From Acaryochloris marina MBIC11017 (GTDB lineage: Bacteria; Cyanobacteriota; Cyanobacteriia; Thermosynechococcales; Thermosynechococcaceae), in NCBI RefSeq assembly GCF_000018105.1, contig NC_009925.1:3270001-3302000 (forward strand): a stretch of DNA of 32,000 bases. The letters run 5' to 3'. The position numbers were made by a program, and so were the translations under genes. Shown here piece by piece: positions 1-7,741 of this stretch. Below the pieces are notes generated by a model. It was not told the DNA's origin. It saw only the letters and a list, made by a program, of their open reading frames with translations, and did not search any database. The stretch's first letter is position 1. The number at the start of each line of letters is the position of its first letter.

Positions 1-671
1 AAGATCAAGTCGGGTTCTTCCGTATCTTCTTTCAGCTTGTTCCGGAGGCGCGACATATGAACATCGACGACACGGGTATCAATCTTGCCGTCAGGGCTAT
101 AGCCCCAAACCTTTTGTAAAAATTCAACTCTAGAGATGGGTTCTCCGGGGCGGCTAACCAGCAGCTCTAGTAGATTAAATTCGAGATGAGTGAGCTGAAT
201 GCGTTCTTTATCTTTATAGACTTGGCGTTTATTGGTATCAATTTCTAGATGGCCGACCTGAATCACTCCGGCTGATTTATGGTGAGAAGAGTGGGATTTT
301 GTAATCCGTCGAAGAATACAGCGAATGCGTGACTCTAGTTCTTTGGGAGAAAACGGCTTGACCATATAGTCGTCTGCGCCCATTTCCAGACCCGTAATCC
401 GATCGGCGACGTCTGAAAGAGCCGTCAACATAATGATGGGGACATCTGATTCTTGCCGTAGGGATTGGCAGACCTGATACCCGTTCAGCTTGGGCATCAT
501 GACATCCAAAATAATCAAATCTGGTTCTTGATGCTGAAACACTTGCAGGGCTTCCTCGCCATCAGCGGCAGTGATGACAACGAACCCCATCATGGAGAGA
601 CGAGTTTCTAGGATCCGACGAATGCTAGCTTCATCATCAGCGACTAGAATTTTTTGCTGCTGATCTTTCAA
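1..671 (-). CDS. rpaB: OmpR-family response regulator, RpaB/Ycf27-like (C-terminus cut by window edge)
   Basis: Absent from the ORF track because it runs off the window. Hand translation of the minus strand from TTG at 671 (in-frame stop at 678-680) gives MKDQQQKILVADDEASIRRILETRLSMMGFVVITAADGEEALQVFQHQEPDLIILDVMMPKLNGYQVCQSLRQESDVPIIMLTALSDVADRITGLEMGADDYMVKPFSPKELESRIRCILRR, followed by a winged-helix part (..RVVDVHMSRLRNKLKED..). This matches my memory of Synechocystis RpaB closely. Confidence 0.8.
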   Translation of the reverse strand, partial: MKDQQQKILVADDEASIRRILETRLSMMGFVVITAADGEEALQVFQHQEPDLIILDVMMPKLNGYQVCQSLRQESDVPIIMLTALSDVADRITGLEMGADDYMVKPFSPKELESRIRCILRRITKSHSSHHKSAGVIQVGHLEIDTNKRQVYKDKERIQLTHLEFNLLELLVSRPGEPISRVEFLQKVWGYSPDGKIDTRVVDVHMSRLRNKLKEDTEEPDLI

Positions 672-818
672 ACTACTTTAGTATCCAAAGACAGACAACG
701 TTGAAGAGACTAATACTCTTTGAACCATGAATAAAAAGCCCAATAAAGTATGAATATGAAGTTTTTTTACATATTCTTAGAGGCTTCTAGAACTTGAGTT
801 TAGCAGTTGGTAGTCGGT

Positions 819-998
819 TCACTGCATTGTTGTGTCAAAGTTTGCGCTTTCGGTGACAGAGACGCCACTGGAGACAGACAACAATTGCTCTTTGATGGGC
901 AAGGGACAGATGCAGTTCAACCCAGGATTAGGGTTGTGTGGACAACGATAGACCTGGATGTCAGTAGGCTCAAACCTTACAAGATCTTGAATATCCAT
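819..998 (-). CDS. hypothetical 59-aa protein (candidate small ORF, below the track length cutoff)
   Basis: Hand translation gives MDIQDLVRFEPTDIQVYRCPHNPNPGLNCICPLPIKEQLLSVSSGVSVTESANFDTTMQ, ATG 998 to TGA 819-821. It is antisense to track ORF 807..1028. That ORF has a TTG start and an odd composition (HCCVKVCAFGDRDATGDR) that looks like a shadow frame. No family recognised. Confidence 0.35.
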   Translation of the reverse strand: MDIQDLVRFEPTDIQVYRCPHNPNPGLNCICPLPIKEQLLSVSSGVSVTESANFDTTMQ

Positions 999-1034
999 AG
1001 TTTGAACAAAAAGCCCTTAATTGTTTGACATGTC

Positions 1035-1073
1035 TTTACATTTCTGTTACATTTATTTACATAAAGTTACGAC
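1035..1073 (+). promoter_or_regulatory. HLR1-type array: four (G/T)TTAC(A/G) direct repeats (candidate RpaB binding sites) upstream of hli gene 1
   Basis: TTTACA at 1035, GTTACA at 1046, TTTACA at 1056 and GTTACG at 1066, spaced 10-11 nt. They lie 30-65 nt upstream of the ATG at 1102. The HLR1 consensus is two (G/T)TTACA(T/A)(T/A) repeats separated by 2 nt. Confidence 0.6.
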
Positions 1074-1101
1074 ACACATGCATTAATCGGAGTCTACTCA
1101 C

Positions 1102-1245
1102 ATGAATACATCTAATAATTTCTTTGGATTTAACCCCTTTGCTGAAGCTTGGAGCGGTCGCTTAGCTATGGTGGGTTTCTACGCCGCTATCGTGATTGAA
1201 CTGGTGACAGGCAAAGGCGTGTTGCATTTCTGGGGTTTGATGTAA
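1102..1245 (+). CDS. hli: high-light-inducible protein (HLIP/Scp), HliC-like, 47 aa
   Basis: Not in the ORF track (<60 aa). Translation is [47 protein letters not shown]. It is a single TM helix with the CAB/HLIP motif E-x-x-x-G-R-L-A-M-x-G-F. Length and the C-terminal GxGVLHF closely resemble Synechocystis HliC. Confidence 0.85.
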   Translation: MNTSNNFFGFNPFAEAWSGRLAMVGFYAAIVIELVTGKGVLHFWGLM

Positions 1246-1647
1246 GCACTCAGGTTGATGGGCCAATCATATCTAGCTCAACCTGAAAGAGATGAAATAG
1301 CCCTCATGCCTTGCCTGCACTGCATTGATAGAGGCTAAAAATCACTATCTTGCAGTGCTCTGGAGCCTACACCAGCTGACTTAGTGCAGCCCCAAAAAGT
1401 TCAATCCTTCTCTGTTAGTAGCCAGCCAAACTGCAAAAATGCCTTTAATCCTCGCCAGATAAAGGCTTGCCGTTGGTAAAGCCCAGCAGCTTAATTCTCA
1501 TTATCAAACTGACCTCAGCTACATAGCTGGGGTTTTCTTTTGGGGGTATGTAACAACATGTCTCCTCAATATGAGAAGTCCAAACCCTTGTGAAATCCTC
1601 ATTTCGAGCATATGAAGGAAGCGATGTTTTCATATTCTTGACAAAAC

Positions 1648-1677
1648 GTTACACATTAAGTTACATTTATTTACATA
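1648..1677 (+). promoter_or_regulatory. HLR1-type array (three repeats) downstream of a TTGACA -35 box, upstream of hli gene 2
   Basis: GTTACA at 1648, GTTACA at 1660 and TTTACA at 1670, with TTGACA at 1636-1641. The 19-nt string GTTACATTTATTTACATAA (1660-1678) is identical to 1046-1064. Confidence 0.6.
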
Positions 1678-1709
1678 AGATTCATTTCTCGTTTACGGAG
1701 TCCAACGCT

Positions 1710-1862
1710 ATGAGTACACAAAATCCAATCTGGGGTTTCACCGACTTTGCAGAAACCTTTGGTGGTCGCTTGGCCATGATGGGATTCTTTCTTGCCCTGG
1801 TGACTGAAGTGCTGACCGGTCAAGGAATTGTCGGTCAGATTGCCGCCTTACTAAACTTCTAA
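1710..1862 (+). CDS. hli: high-light-inducible protein (HLIP/Scp), 50 aa
   Basis: This is the inner ATG of track ORF 1590..1862. Translation is MSTQNPIWGFTDFAETFGGRLAMMGFFLALVTEVLTGQGIVGQIAALLNF, carrying the HLIP motif E-x-x-x-G-R-L-A-M-M-G-F. The 40-aa N-terminal extension in the track overlaps the promoter/HLR1 region and is unlikely to be real. Confidence 0.85.
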   Translation: MSTQNPIWGFTDFAETFGGRLAMMGFFLALVTEVLTGQGIVGQIAALLNF

Positions 1863-1911
1863 ACCAGTGTTTTGGGTTTAGAACGACTCTAGTTCATCTT
1901 TAATATTTTTT

Positions 1912-1937
1912 CCCCGGCATGTGCCGGGGAGTTTTAT
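1912..1937 (+). terminator. rho-independent terminator after hli gene 2
   Basis: CCCCGGC(atgt)GCCGGGG forms a 7-bp GC stem (1912-1929), followed by aGTTTTATTT. Confidence 0.6.
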
Positions 1938-1973
1938 TTATCAGTTATCTGTGTTTACCCAAACATTGCCATT

Positions 1974-2930
1974 ATGAAAAATTCATTTGTTAGTAAAGAT
2001 TCAATCACTACCTACCTGCGTGAGATTAGCCGCTTTCCTCTGTTGAATCATGAACAAGAAGTCATCTTTGGCAAGCAGGTACAACGCCTAACAGCTTTGC
2101 AGGAGATGAAGCAGGAACTGCAAGATCACCTTGACCGAGAGCCGACCCAAAAAGAATGGGCAGAAAAAGCCCAAGTGTCTGTAGCGCAACTGCAAAAAGA
2201 ATTGAAGTTAGGCCACAAAGCCAATCGCAAAATGGTGGAATCTAATTTGCGCCTGGTGGTCTCAATTGCCAAGAAGTACAATAAAGCGAAAGTTGAGTTT
2301 TTGGATTTGATCCAAGAAGGCACAATTGGTCTGCAACGGGGTGTCGAAAAATTTGACCCGATGAAAGGCTATCGCTTCTCTACCTATGCCTACTGGTGGA
2401 TTCGTCAAGCCATGACTCGTGCGATCGCAGAACAAGAACGAACCATCCGCTTACCGATTCATATCAATGAAAAACTCAGTAAGCTGCGCAAGGTCAGACG
2501 CCAACTGTCGCAAAAACTCCATCGCGACCCTACTGTGCAAGAGCTAGCGGTAGAGATGGACCTCGCGCCTAAAAAGATTGAAGACTATCTTAACTATGCG
2601 CGTCGCTCGATCTCGTTAGATATTCAGATTGGTGACCAGCAAAATACAGAGCTATGGGAATTGCTAGAAGATCCTAATGAATCTCCCGATACCTATGCTA
2701 CGGCCTCTTCTCTGCGTTCGGATTTAGCCAAGCTGCTTCAAGACCTCAGCCCGCAGCAGCGGGAAGTGATTACTTTGCGATACGGCCTGATTGACCAAAA
2801 TCCGCTGACCTTAGCAAAGGTGGGTGAACGTCTAAACGTCAGCCGGGAATGGGTTCGCCGGGTTGAGCGGGAAGCCTTTAAGATTTTGCGATCGCAAAAA
2901 GTGATGCTGCAAGAATATATGGCTTGCTAA
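1974..2930 (+). CDS. group-2 sigma-70 family RNA polymerase sigma factor (318 aa, SigD/SigB-like)
   Basis: Region 1.2 reads [16 protein letters not shown]. Region 2 reads [12 protein letters not shown]...[42 protein letters not shown]...[18 protein letters not shown]. Region 4 reads [15 protein letters not shown]...[27 protein letters not shown]. Confidence 0.9.
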   Translation: MKNSFVSKDSITTYLREISRFPLLNHEQEVIFGKQVQRLTALQEMKQELQDHLDREPTQKEWAEKAQVSVAQLQKELKLGHKANRKMVESNLRLVVSIAKKYNKAKVEFLDLIQEGTIGLQRGVEKFDPMKGYRFSTYAYWWIRQAMTRAIAEQERTIRLPIHINEKLSKLRKVRRQLSQKLHRDPTVQELAVEMDLAPKKIEDYLNYARRSISLDIQIGDQQNTELWELLEDPNESPDTYATASSLRSDLAKLLQDLSPQQREVITLRYGLIDQNPLTLAKVGERLNVSREWVRRVEREAFKILRSQKVMLQEYMAC

Positions 2931-2960
2931 GCAACGATTTCCAATCTCAATCTGCGCATC

Positions 2961-2994
2961 AGCTACTCTTCTGCCTGCAAGAGTAGCTTTTTTG
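2961..2994 (+). terminator. rho-independent terminator after the sigma factor gene
   Basis: AGCTACTCTT (2961-2970) and AAGAGTAGCT (2979-2988) form a perfect 10-bp stem with an 8-nt loop, followed by TTTTTT. Confidence 0.65.
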
Positions 2995-3263
2995 TAACAG
3001 AAAATTTACACTTTGGTAGCCTATCCTTTGAGTTGGGAATCTTAGATTGTCGCTTTCACCGGGAGAATGATGGTTTAAAACAAAAAGACTATATTGCGTT
3101 TATTTTTCTTTTTATTCAGTTTTATCTAATAAAAATCTCAATAAATCAGCTTTTCTTGAATTTACTCTTTTATAAGCTGATTTAATTTGTTTTTTGGGAT
3201 CTTTATACCTTAATGAATTAAGTACCATCAGTTTTAAATACTCGCAACTTTTGTTGACATTAT

Positions 3264-3300
3264 GTTACAAATTAGTTAAAATATTTAACATAACGTTACA
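3264..3300 (+). promoter_or_regulatory. HLR1-like direct repeat array downstream of a TTGACA box, upstream of pgr5-like gene
   Basis: GTTACA at 3264, GTTAAA at 3275, TTTAAC at 3284 and GTTACA at 3295, with ~10-11 nt periodicity. TTGACA lies at 3253-3258 and the ATG at 3316. The two central repeats are degenerate. Confidence 0.45.
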
Positions 3301-3315
3301 CAAAAGGAATTCATC

Positions 3316-3513
3316 ATGTTTGCTCCCCTCGTCGTGCTAGTCCGCAACATTGTCGGTCAACCCAGATTTATCAAACTCCGTGGGAAAGCCATTGCCCTGC
3401 ATTCAAAAGCCATTACCAACTTCTGCAATCAGATTGGTATTGATCGGAGTCGTCGTCAGGGTTGGATTCGACTAGCACGCGATAACGGCAAACGTCTGGG
3501 CTTACTTGCCTAA
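3316..3513 (+). CDS. pgr5: PGR5-like protein (cyclic electron flow around PSI; Synechocystis ssr2016 type), 65 aa
   Basis: Translation is MFAPLVVLVRNIVGQPRFIKLRGKAIALHSKAITNFCNQIGIDRSRRQGWIRLARDNGKRLGLLA. The length and the blocks MFAP.V.L.R, LRGKAIALHS..IT.FC and IRLA..NGK.LG.LA match my memory of plant PGR5 (mature part) and cyanobacterial ssr2016. Confidence 0.8.
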   Translation: MFAPLVVLVRNIVGQPRFIKLRGKAIALHSKAITNFCNQIGIDRSRRQGWIRLARDNGKRLGLLA

Positions 3514-3719
3514 AGAATGAGTCCCTAGGATGGCTATCTACGCCTTAAAGCAGATGTGTCATCACTCAAAGGGCTGCATCATGGCAAAGAGCTAACTTCT
3601 TGCAAATCAGCGCTACAACCGTTCAGATTTTCACTTTTTGGGTGGCTCAACTTTCGGGTCATTGAAGCTTTTTTACTCCCTTAAACCATCCGCATCATTT
3701 TTTAACTAAGGACATTCTC

Positions 3720-5615
3720 ATGCCAGTAAACGATAAACCACGACGCCCACGTCCCAATCCTCTCAGCACCATTTTGCTGCTGCTTCCTTTAGCCTTACTC
3801 GTTGTCAATTTAGTCTTGACCTTTGGTAATGGTTCCCGCGTCTCTAAAGTGCCCTATAGTTTTTTCATCGAACAAGTTCAGGACGAGCAAGTGGCTCGGG
3901 TCTCCGTTGGCCAGAATGTCATTCGTTATCAGATGAAAGATATGGATGGTAACCCGGGTCAAGTCCAAGAAACCACCCCGATTTTCGACCTAGAGCTGCC
4001 CAAACTTCTCGAATCCAAAGGCGTCGAATTCGCCGCCACTCCCCCTCCTAGCAACCGCTGGTTCACCACCCTATTGAGCTGGGTCATCCCCCCCGTCATC
4101 TTCGTCGCCATCTTCCAATTCTTCAGCCGCGGCGGCATCGGTGGCGGTGGTCCCCAAGGAGCCCTCTCCGTCACCAAAAACAAAGCCAAAGTCTACGTCG
4201 AAGGCGATGACAACAAAGTCACCTTTGATGACGTGGCTGGTGTAGAAGAATCTAAAACTGAACTCGAAGAAATTGTAGAATTCCTCAAGTCTCCCCAACG
4301 CTTTACTGAGATTGGTGCCAAGATTCCCAAAGGTGTTCTCTTAGTGGGTCCTCCTGGAACTGGTAAAACCTTAATGGCCAAAGCCGTCGCTGGTGAAGCA
4401 GGCGTGCCCTTCTTCAGCATCTCTGGTTCAGAATTTGTAGAACTGTTTGTTGGTACCGGTGCGGCCCGAGTCCGTGACCTGTTTGAACAAGCTAAAAAGA
4501 AAGCCCCCTGCATTATCTTTATTGACGAACTTGATGCCATTGGTAAATCTCGGGCTGGTGGAAATGGTTTCGTCGGCGGTAATGACGAACGCGAGCAAAC
4601 CCTCAATCAGCTGCTCACCGAAATGGATGGCTTTGGAGCCGGAGATGCCACCGTTATCGTCCTAGCTGCTACCAACCGTCCTGAAACCTTAGACCCCGCC
4701 CTTCTGCGTCCCGGTCGCTTTGACCGCCAAGTCCTCGTAGATCGTCCAGACCTCACAGGTCGTCTGGCCATCTTGGAAATCTATGCCAAGAAAGTGAAGC
4801 TGGGTGAGAACGTAGACCTTAAAGCCATGGCTACCCGTACCCCAGGTTTTGCTGGCGCAGACCTCGCTAACTTGGTGAATGAAGCCGCCCTATTAGCCGC
4901 CCGTCGAGGCAGCAAGGTCGTTGAGACTCAAGACTTTGCCGAAGCCATTGAGCGCGTCGTTGCTGGACTAGAGAAAAAGAGCCGCGTCCTCAACGACAAA
5001 GAGAAGAAGATCGTTGCTTATCACGAAGTCGGTCATGCCCTCGTCGGAGCCAAGATGTCTGGTACGGATCAAGTGGAGAAGATTTCCATTGTTCCTAGAG
5101 GTATGGCAGCCTTAGGCTACACCCTCCAGGTCCCGACAGAAGATCGCTTCTTGTTAAACGAAGCTGAACTCAAAGGTCAGATTGCCACGCTTCTAGGTGG
5201 ACGAGCTGCAGAAGAAGTCATCTTTGGTAGCATCACCACAGGTGCATCCAATGACTTACAGCGAGCCACGGACTTAGCCGAGCAAATGGTCACCTCCTAT
5301 GGCATGAGTGAAGTGTTAGGACCCCTGGCTTATGACAAGGGTCAGCAGAATAACTTCCTCGGTGGCGGTATGAATGCGAGACGAATGGTCAGTGATGAAA
5401 CAGCCAAAGCCATTGATAAGGAAGTCAAGGGCATAGTGGAAACCGCTCATCAGGAAGCTCTGAGTATTCTCAAAGAGAATAAGGAATTACTGGAGACGAT
5501 TTCGGAGCAGTTGTTGGAGTCAGAGGTGATTGAAGGCGAGGGCCTCCGAGAGATGCTGGCTAAGGTTCATCCTGAATCCCATGTCCAGACTGCGGAAGAG
5601 CCCGTAGCGGTCTAA
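3720..5615 (+). CDS. ftsH: ATP-dependent zinc metalloprotease FtsH (FtsH4-like paralog)
   Basis: It has two N-terminal TM segments, Walker A GPPGTGKT, Walker [34 protein letters not shown] and the Zn site HEVGHA. The [20 protein letters not shown] block resembles the sll1463/FtsH4 type rather than the RGQAGGLTWF type of FtsH1-3. The paralog assignment is from memory. Confidence 0.95.
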   Translation: MPVNDKPRRPRPNPLSTILLLLPLALLVVNLVLTFGNGSRVSKVPYSFFIEQVQDEQVARVSVGQNVIRYQMKDMDGNPGQVQETTPIFDLELPKLLESKGVEFAATPPPSNRWFTTLLSWVIPPVIFVAIFQFFSRGGIGGGGPQGALSVTKNKAKVYVEGDDNKVTFDDVAGVEESKTELEEIVEFLKSPQRFTEIGAKIPKGVLLVGPPGTGKTLMAKAVAGEAGVPFFSISGSEFVELFVGTGAARVRDLFEQAKKKAPCIIFIDELDAIGKSRAGGNGFVGGNDEREQTLNQLLTEMDGFGAGDATVIVLAATNRPETLDPALLRPGRFDRQVLVDRPDLTGRLAILEIYAKKVKLGENVDLKAMATRTPGFAGADLANLVNEAALLAARRGSKVVETQDFAEAIERVVAGLEKKSRVLNDKEKKIVAYHEVGHALVGAKMSGTDQVEKISIVPRGMAALGYTLQVPTEDRFLLNEAELKGQIATLLGGRAAEEVIFGSITTGASNDLQRATDLAEQMVTSYGMSEVLGPLAYDKGQQNNFLGGGMNARRMVSDETAKAIDKEVKGIVETAHQEALSILKENKELLETISEQLLESEVIEGEGLREMLAKVHPESHVQTAEEPVAV

Positions 5616-5640
5616 TAACCCAATTGTGTTTTCCTTTTAG

Positions 5641-5673
5641 ATGGCCCCCTGCTTAGCAGGGGGCCATTTTTCG
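5641..5673 (+). terminator. rho-independent terminator after ftsH
   Basis: ATGGCCCCCTGC(ttag)GCAGGGGGCCAT forms a perfect 12-bp stem, followed by TTTTT. Confidence 0.7.
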
Positions 5674-5984
5674 GTTGATGGAGGGATAGGCTGAGTTGGT
5701 CGATAAACCATTTTGCCTGCAGTTCAGCAATGCTAATGATTTATTAATATAAGGAAAATCACTTTTTGCTCTCAAACTGCTGACTCATCTGTATTTAGTC
5801 ATTCTAGCTGTTGACTATAAAAGCTAGAAAATAGCAATAAATCAAAACTTGTTAAATTACTTGAACCCAGACCTTTTGAACGCTAACTTTGGCCGCGTTC
5901 GCTTGGTTTAATTCTTGTTACTCTAGGTCGCTTTGTCACCGCTGAATTCTAAAATGTGTCGCAAGATACACTAATCAGGTAGCT

Positions 5985-7727
5985 ATGGAACGTGTTTTCG
6001 GACGGCTAAGATCGAATGCCATTACTGCAGTTGTCGCTTTACCTTTGGGTTTAGGATGTCTTGTCAGCGGTTCAGCTCTGGGGCAATCTTCTATTGACTA
6101 TGAGATTTGGGGGTCAGATCAGTCCAATTCTAGAGCTGATGCTGGGGCACCCGGGGTGAGCGGGAGTTGGCTCTGGATTTGGGACAGTCAGGATATCCAA
6201 GGGAAACTGAGGGCAAACAAAGCCCCGCAACCGCTCGGCTGTGATGGGAACAACGCCGCAGGAGCAGGTCCATGTAATCTCTACGATGTGTTTCCGAGCA
6301 ATCTGGCTGAGCATGATAGTGATGGTGCTACGGGCAAAACGCTGGAAGATTTGTCTGGGTTTGGACGACTACATGGTATGTTGCCCGATCCGCAAAATCG
6401 CTACATGAACTTGAATATTTTTGCCCCAGATGGTGGCTATGTAGGGATTATGGATGGAGAGAGTAAAGCTGCGATCGCGCTCTTCCGGGTGTCAGGTACC
6501 TCTAGTGGTCGTTCTGTTCACATGTCTTTCTGGAATGCAGATGGTTCAGCACTGTTGGTGGCCAACCTGCATGGCAAAGTTTTAGAGCGGATTGACGTTG
6601 AACGGGACAGTAATGGCAAAATTACCCAAGCAACGCTGAATCGGGCTGCAGCTTTGGGAGTGGGTAAAGGCTTGCAGATTACCGATCAGCCTAAGGTCTA
6701 TCTTGGTAACAACGCTCAAGGGCAGCCGATGCTCGGCAGTATTTCGGGGGCTTACGACACAGATGCCTTAGGGGATTTAACCCCGAAAGGGGACTGTAAA
6801 GAGAATGGGTGCGCTGCTGAGGCTGATGGTGACCAAGGGGGACGCCCCAACAACGTCATTATTTGCCCCATTGTTTCTGACAGCAATAAGGCTTATATCA
6901 CCTTTGGCGCTGGTGGGCTACTGGTGGCAGATACAACGACGACACCGATGACCATTGTGGGTGAATACGGCAATCAAGCTATCAATGGTGCAGGCTGTGG
7001 CGGTGTGCAGGTCAACAAAAATATGTGGTTGAATGCAGGGGTTTCAGCCTCTAGCGCAGGGGCAACCCAATCCACCTTTACCATCTACACCCTGGATGAC
7101 TCAGCCTTTAGCTCCACCGCTAGTCAGCCTGAGCCGCAGGTGATCTTTAGAGACAGCACTAATACTGCCACCATCGGCAGTGCTCAGGGCGCAGCGACCA
7201 ACGACACAGGCCAACTACCCGGAACCACCACTCGGCGTGATTCCCACGGTATGGCCAAAACGACTTCAGGCAAATTCATCCACACTGTAGACCGCATTCA
7301 AAACACGGTGGACGTCATCAACACAGAGACGCTTGAACGAAGTACTTATGACCTCACCTCTGCTAATGGAAAAGGTCAAGGACTGGGAGCCTGTGCTGCT
7401 ACATCGGTGTCAGATGACCCTGCGTTACCCAAAAACGATCCAGCGCCCGATCTCTTGGAAGCAACGCCCGACGGTCAGTATTTGGTGGTCGCCCTGCGAG
7501 GGCCTGTCCCCGTCTCGGTGAATCATTCTGCGCAGGGGAGTTGCCCTGGTGTTGGCTTAATCAAGCTGACCCAGAACGGGGCCTCAGGACGTTTGTTTGG
7601 CGTGCTGAGATCGACGAACACGGTTGACACTGCCACAGGCAGTGCACCGGGAGGACATGCCTATACAGGGCTGGAGCGCAGTGATGTCCATGGAGCGGCG
7701 GTGCGACGGAAGTCACCGCTTCGCTGA
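5985..7727 (+). CDS. secreted hypothetical protein, probable beta-propeller (YVTN/YncE-like) fold, 580 aa
   Basis: The N-terminal signal-like segment is AVVALPLGLGCLVSGSALGQ. Recurring strand-rich units such as HTVDRIQNTVDVINTETLE and PDGQYLVVALRG are typical of YVTN-type propellers. No specific family recognised. Confidence 0.6.
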   Translation: MERVFGRLRSNAITAVVALPLGLGCLVSGSALGQSSIDYEIWGSDQSNSRADAGAPGVSGSWLWIWDSQDIQGKLRANKAPQPLGCDGNNAAGAGPCNLYDVFPSNLAEHDSDGATGKTLEDLSGFGRLHGMLPDPQNRYMNLNIFAPDGGYVGIMDGESKAAIALFRVSGTSSGRSVHMSFWNADGSALLVANLHGKVLERIDVERDSNGKITQATLNRAAALGVGKGLQITDQPKVYLGNNAQGQPMLGSISGAYDTDALGDLTPKGDCKENGCAAEADGDQGGRPNNVIICPIVSDSNKAYITFGAGGLLVADTTTTPMTIVGEYGNQAINGAGCGGVQVNKNMWLNAGVSASSAGATQSTFTIYTLDDSAFSSTASQPEPQVIFRDSTNTATIGSAQGAATNDTGQLPGTTTRRDSHGMAKTTSGKFIHTVDRIQNTVDVINTETLERSTYDLTSANGKGQGLGACAATSVSDDPALPKNDPAPDLLEATPDGQYLVVALRGPVPVSVNHSAQGSCPGVGLIKLTQNGASGRLFGVLRSTNTVDTATGSAPGGHAYTGLERSDVHGAAVRRKSPLR

Positions 7728-7741
7728 GCAGGCCAAGGGAT

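Noticed and set aside
764-781. Single TTTACATA half-site upstream of rpaB as a sign of autoregulation
   Set aside because: The second repeat (CTTAGAGG) does not match. One hexamer in AT-rich intergenic DNA is expected by chance.
807-1028. Track ORF of 73 aa on the plus strand between rpaB and hli gene 1
   Set aside because: It has a TTG start and an implausible composition (HCCVKVCAFGDRDATGDRQQ). It would run through the HLR1/promoter region of the hli gene. It is more likely the shadow of the minus-strand 59-aa ORF, or non-coding.
1445-1633. 62-aa minus-strand ORF between the two hli genes
   Set aside because: There is no recognisable motif or convincing ribosome-binding site, and its start overlaps the hli gene 2 promoter. 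It cannot be excluded but is unsupported.
1590-1709. N-terminal 40-aa extension of the second HLIP ORF in the track
   Set aside because: The extension covers the TTGACA box and HLR1 repeats. HLIPs of this type are 45-60 aa. The inner ATG at 1710 gives a canonical HliC-length protein.
3514-3719. Possible HLR1 upstream of ftsH (TTTTACTCCCTTAAACCA) and of the sigma gene (1930-1973)
   Set aside because: Only 4-5 of 6 positions match per half-site, in AT-rich DNA. That is too weak to call without a scoring matrix.
3959-4665. Several 70-140-aa ORFs inside or antisense to ftsH
   Set aside because: They lie entirely within a highly conserved, confidently called gene. Their Pro/Ser/Gly-rich shadow-frame composition is typical of antisense frames.
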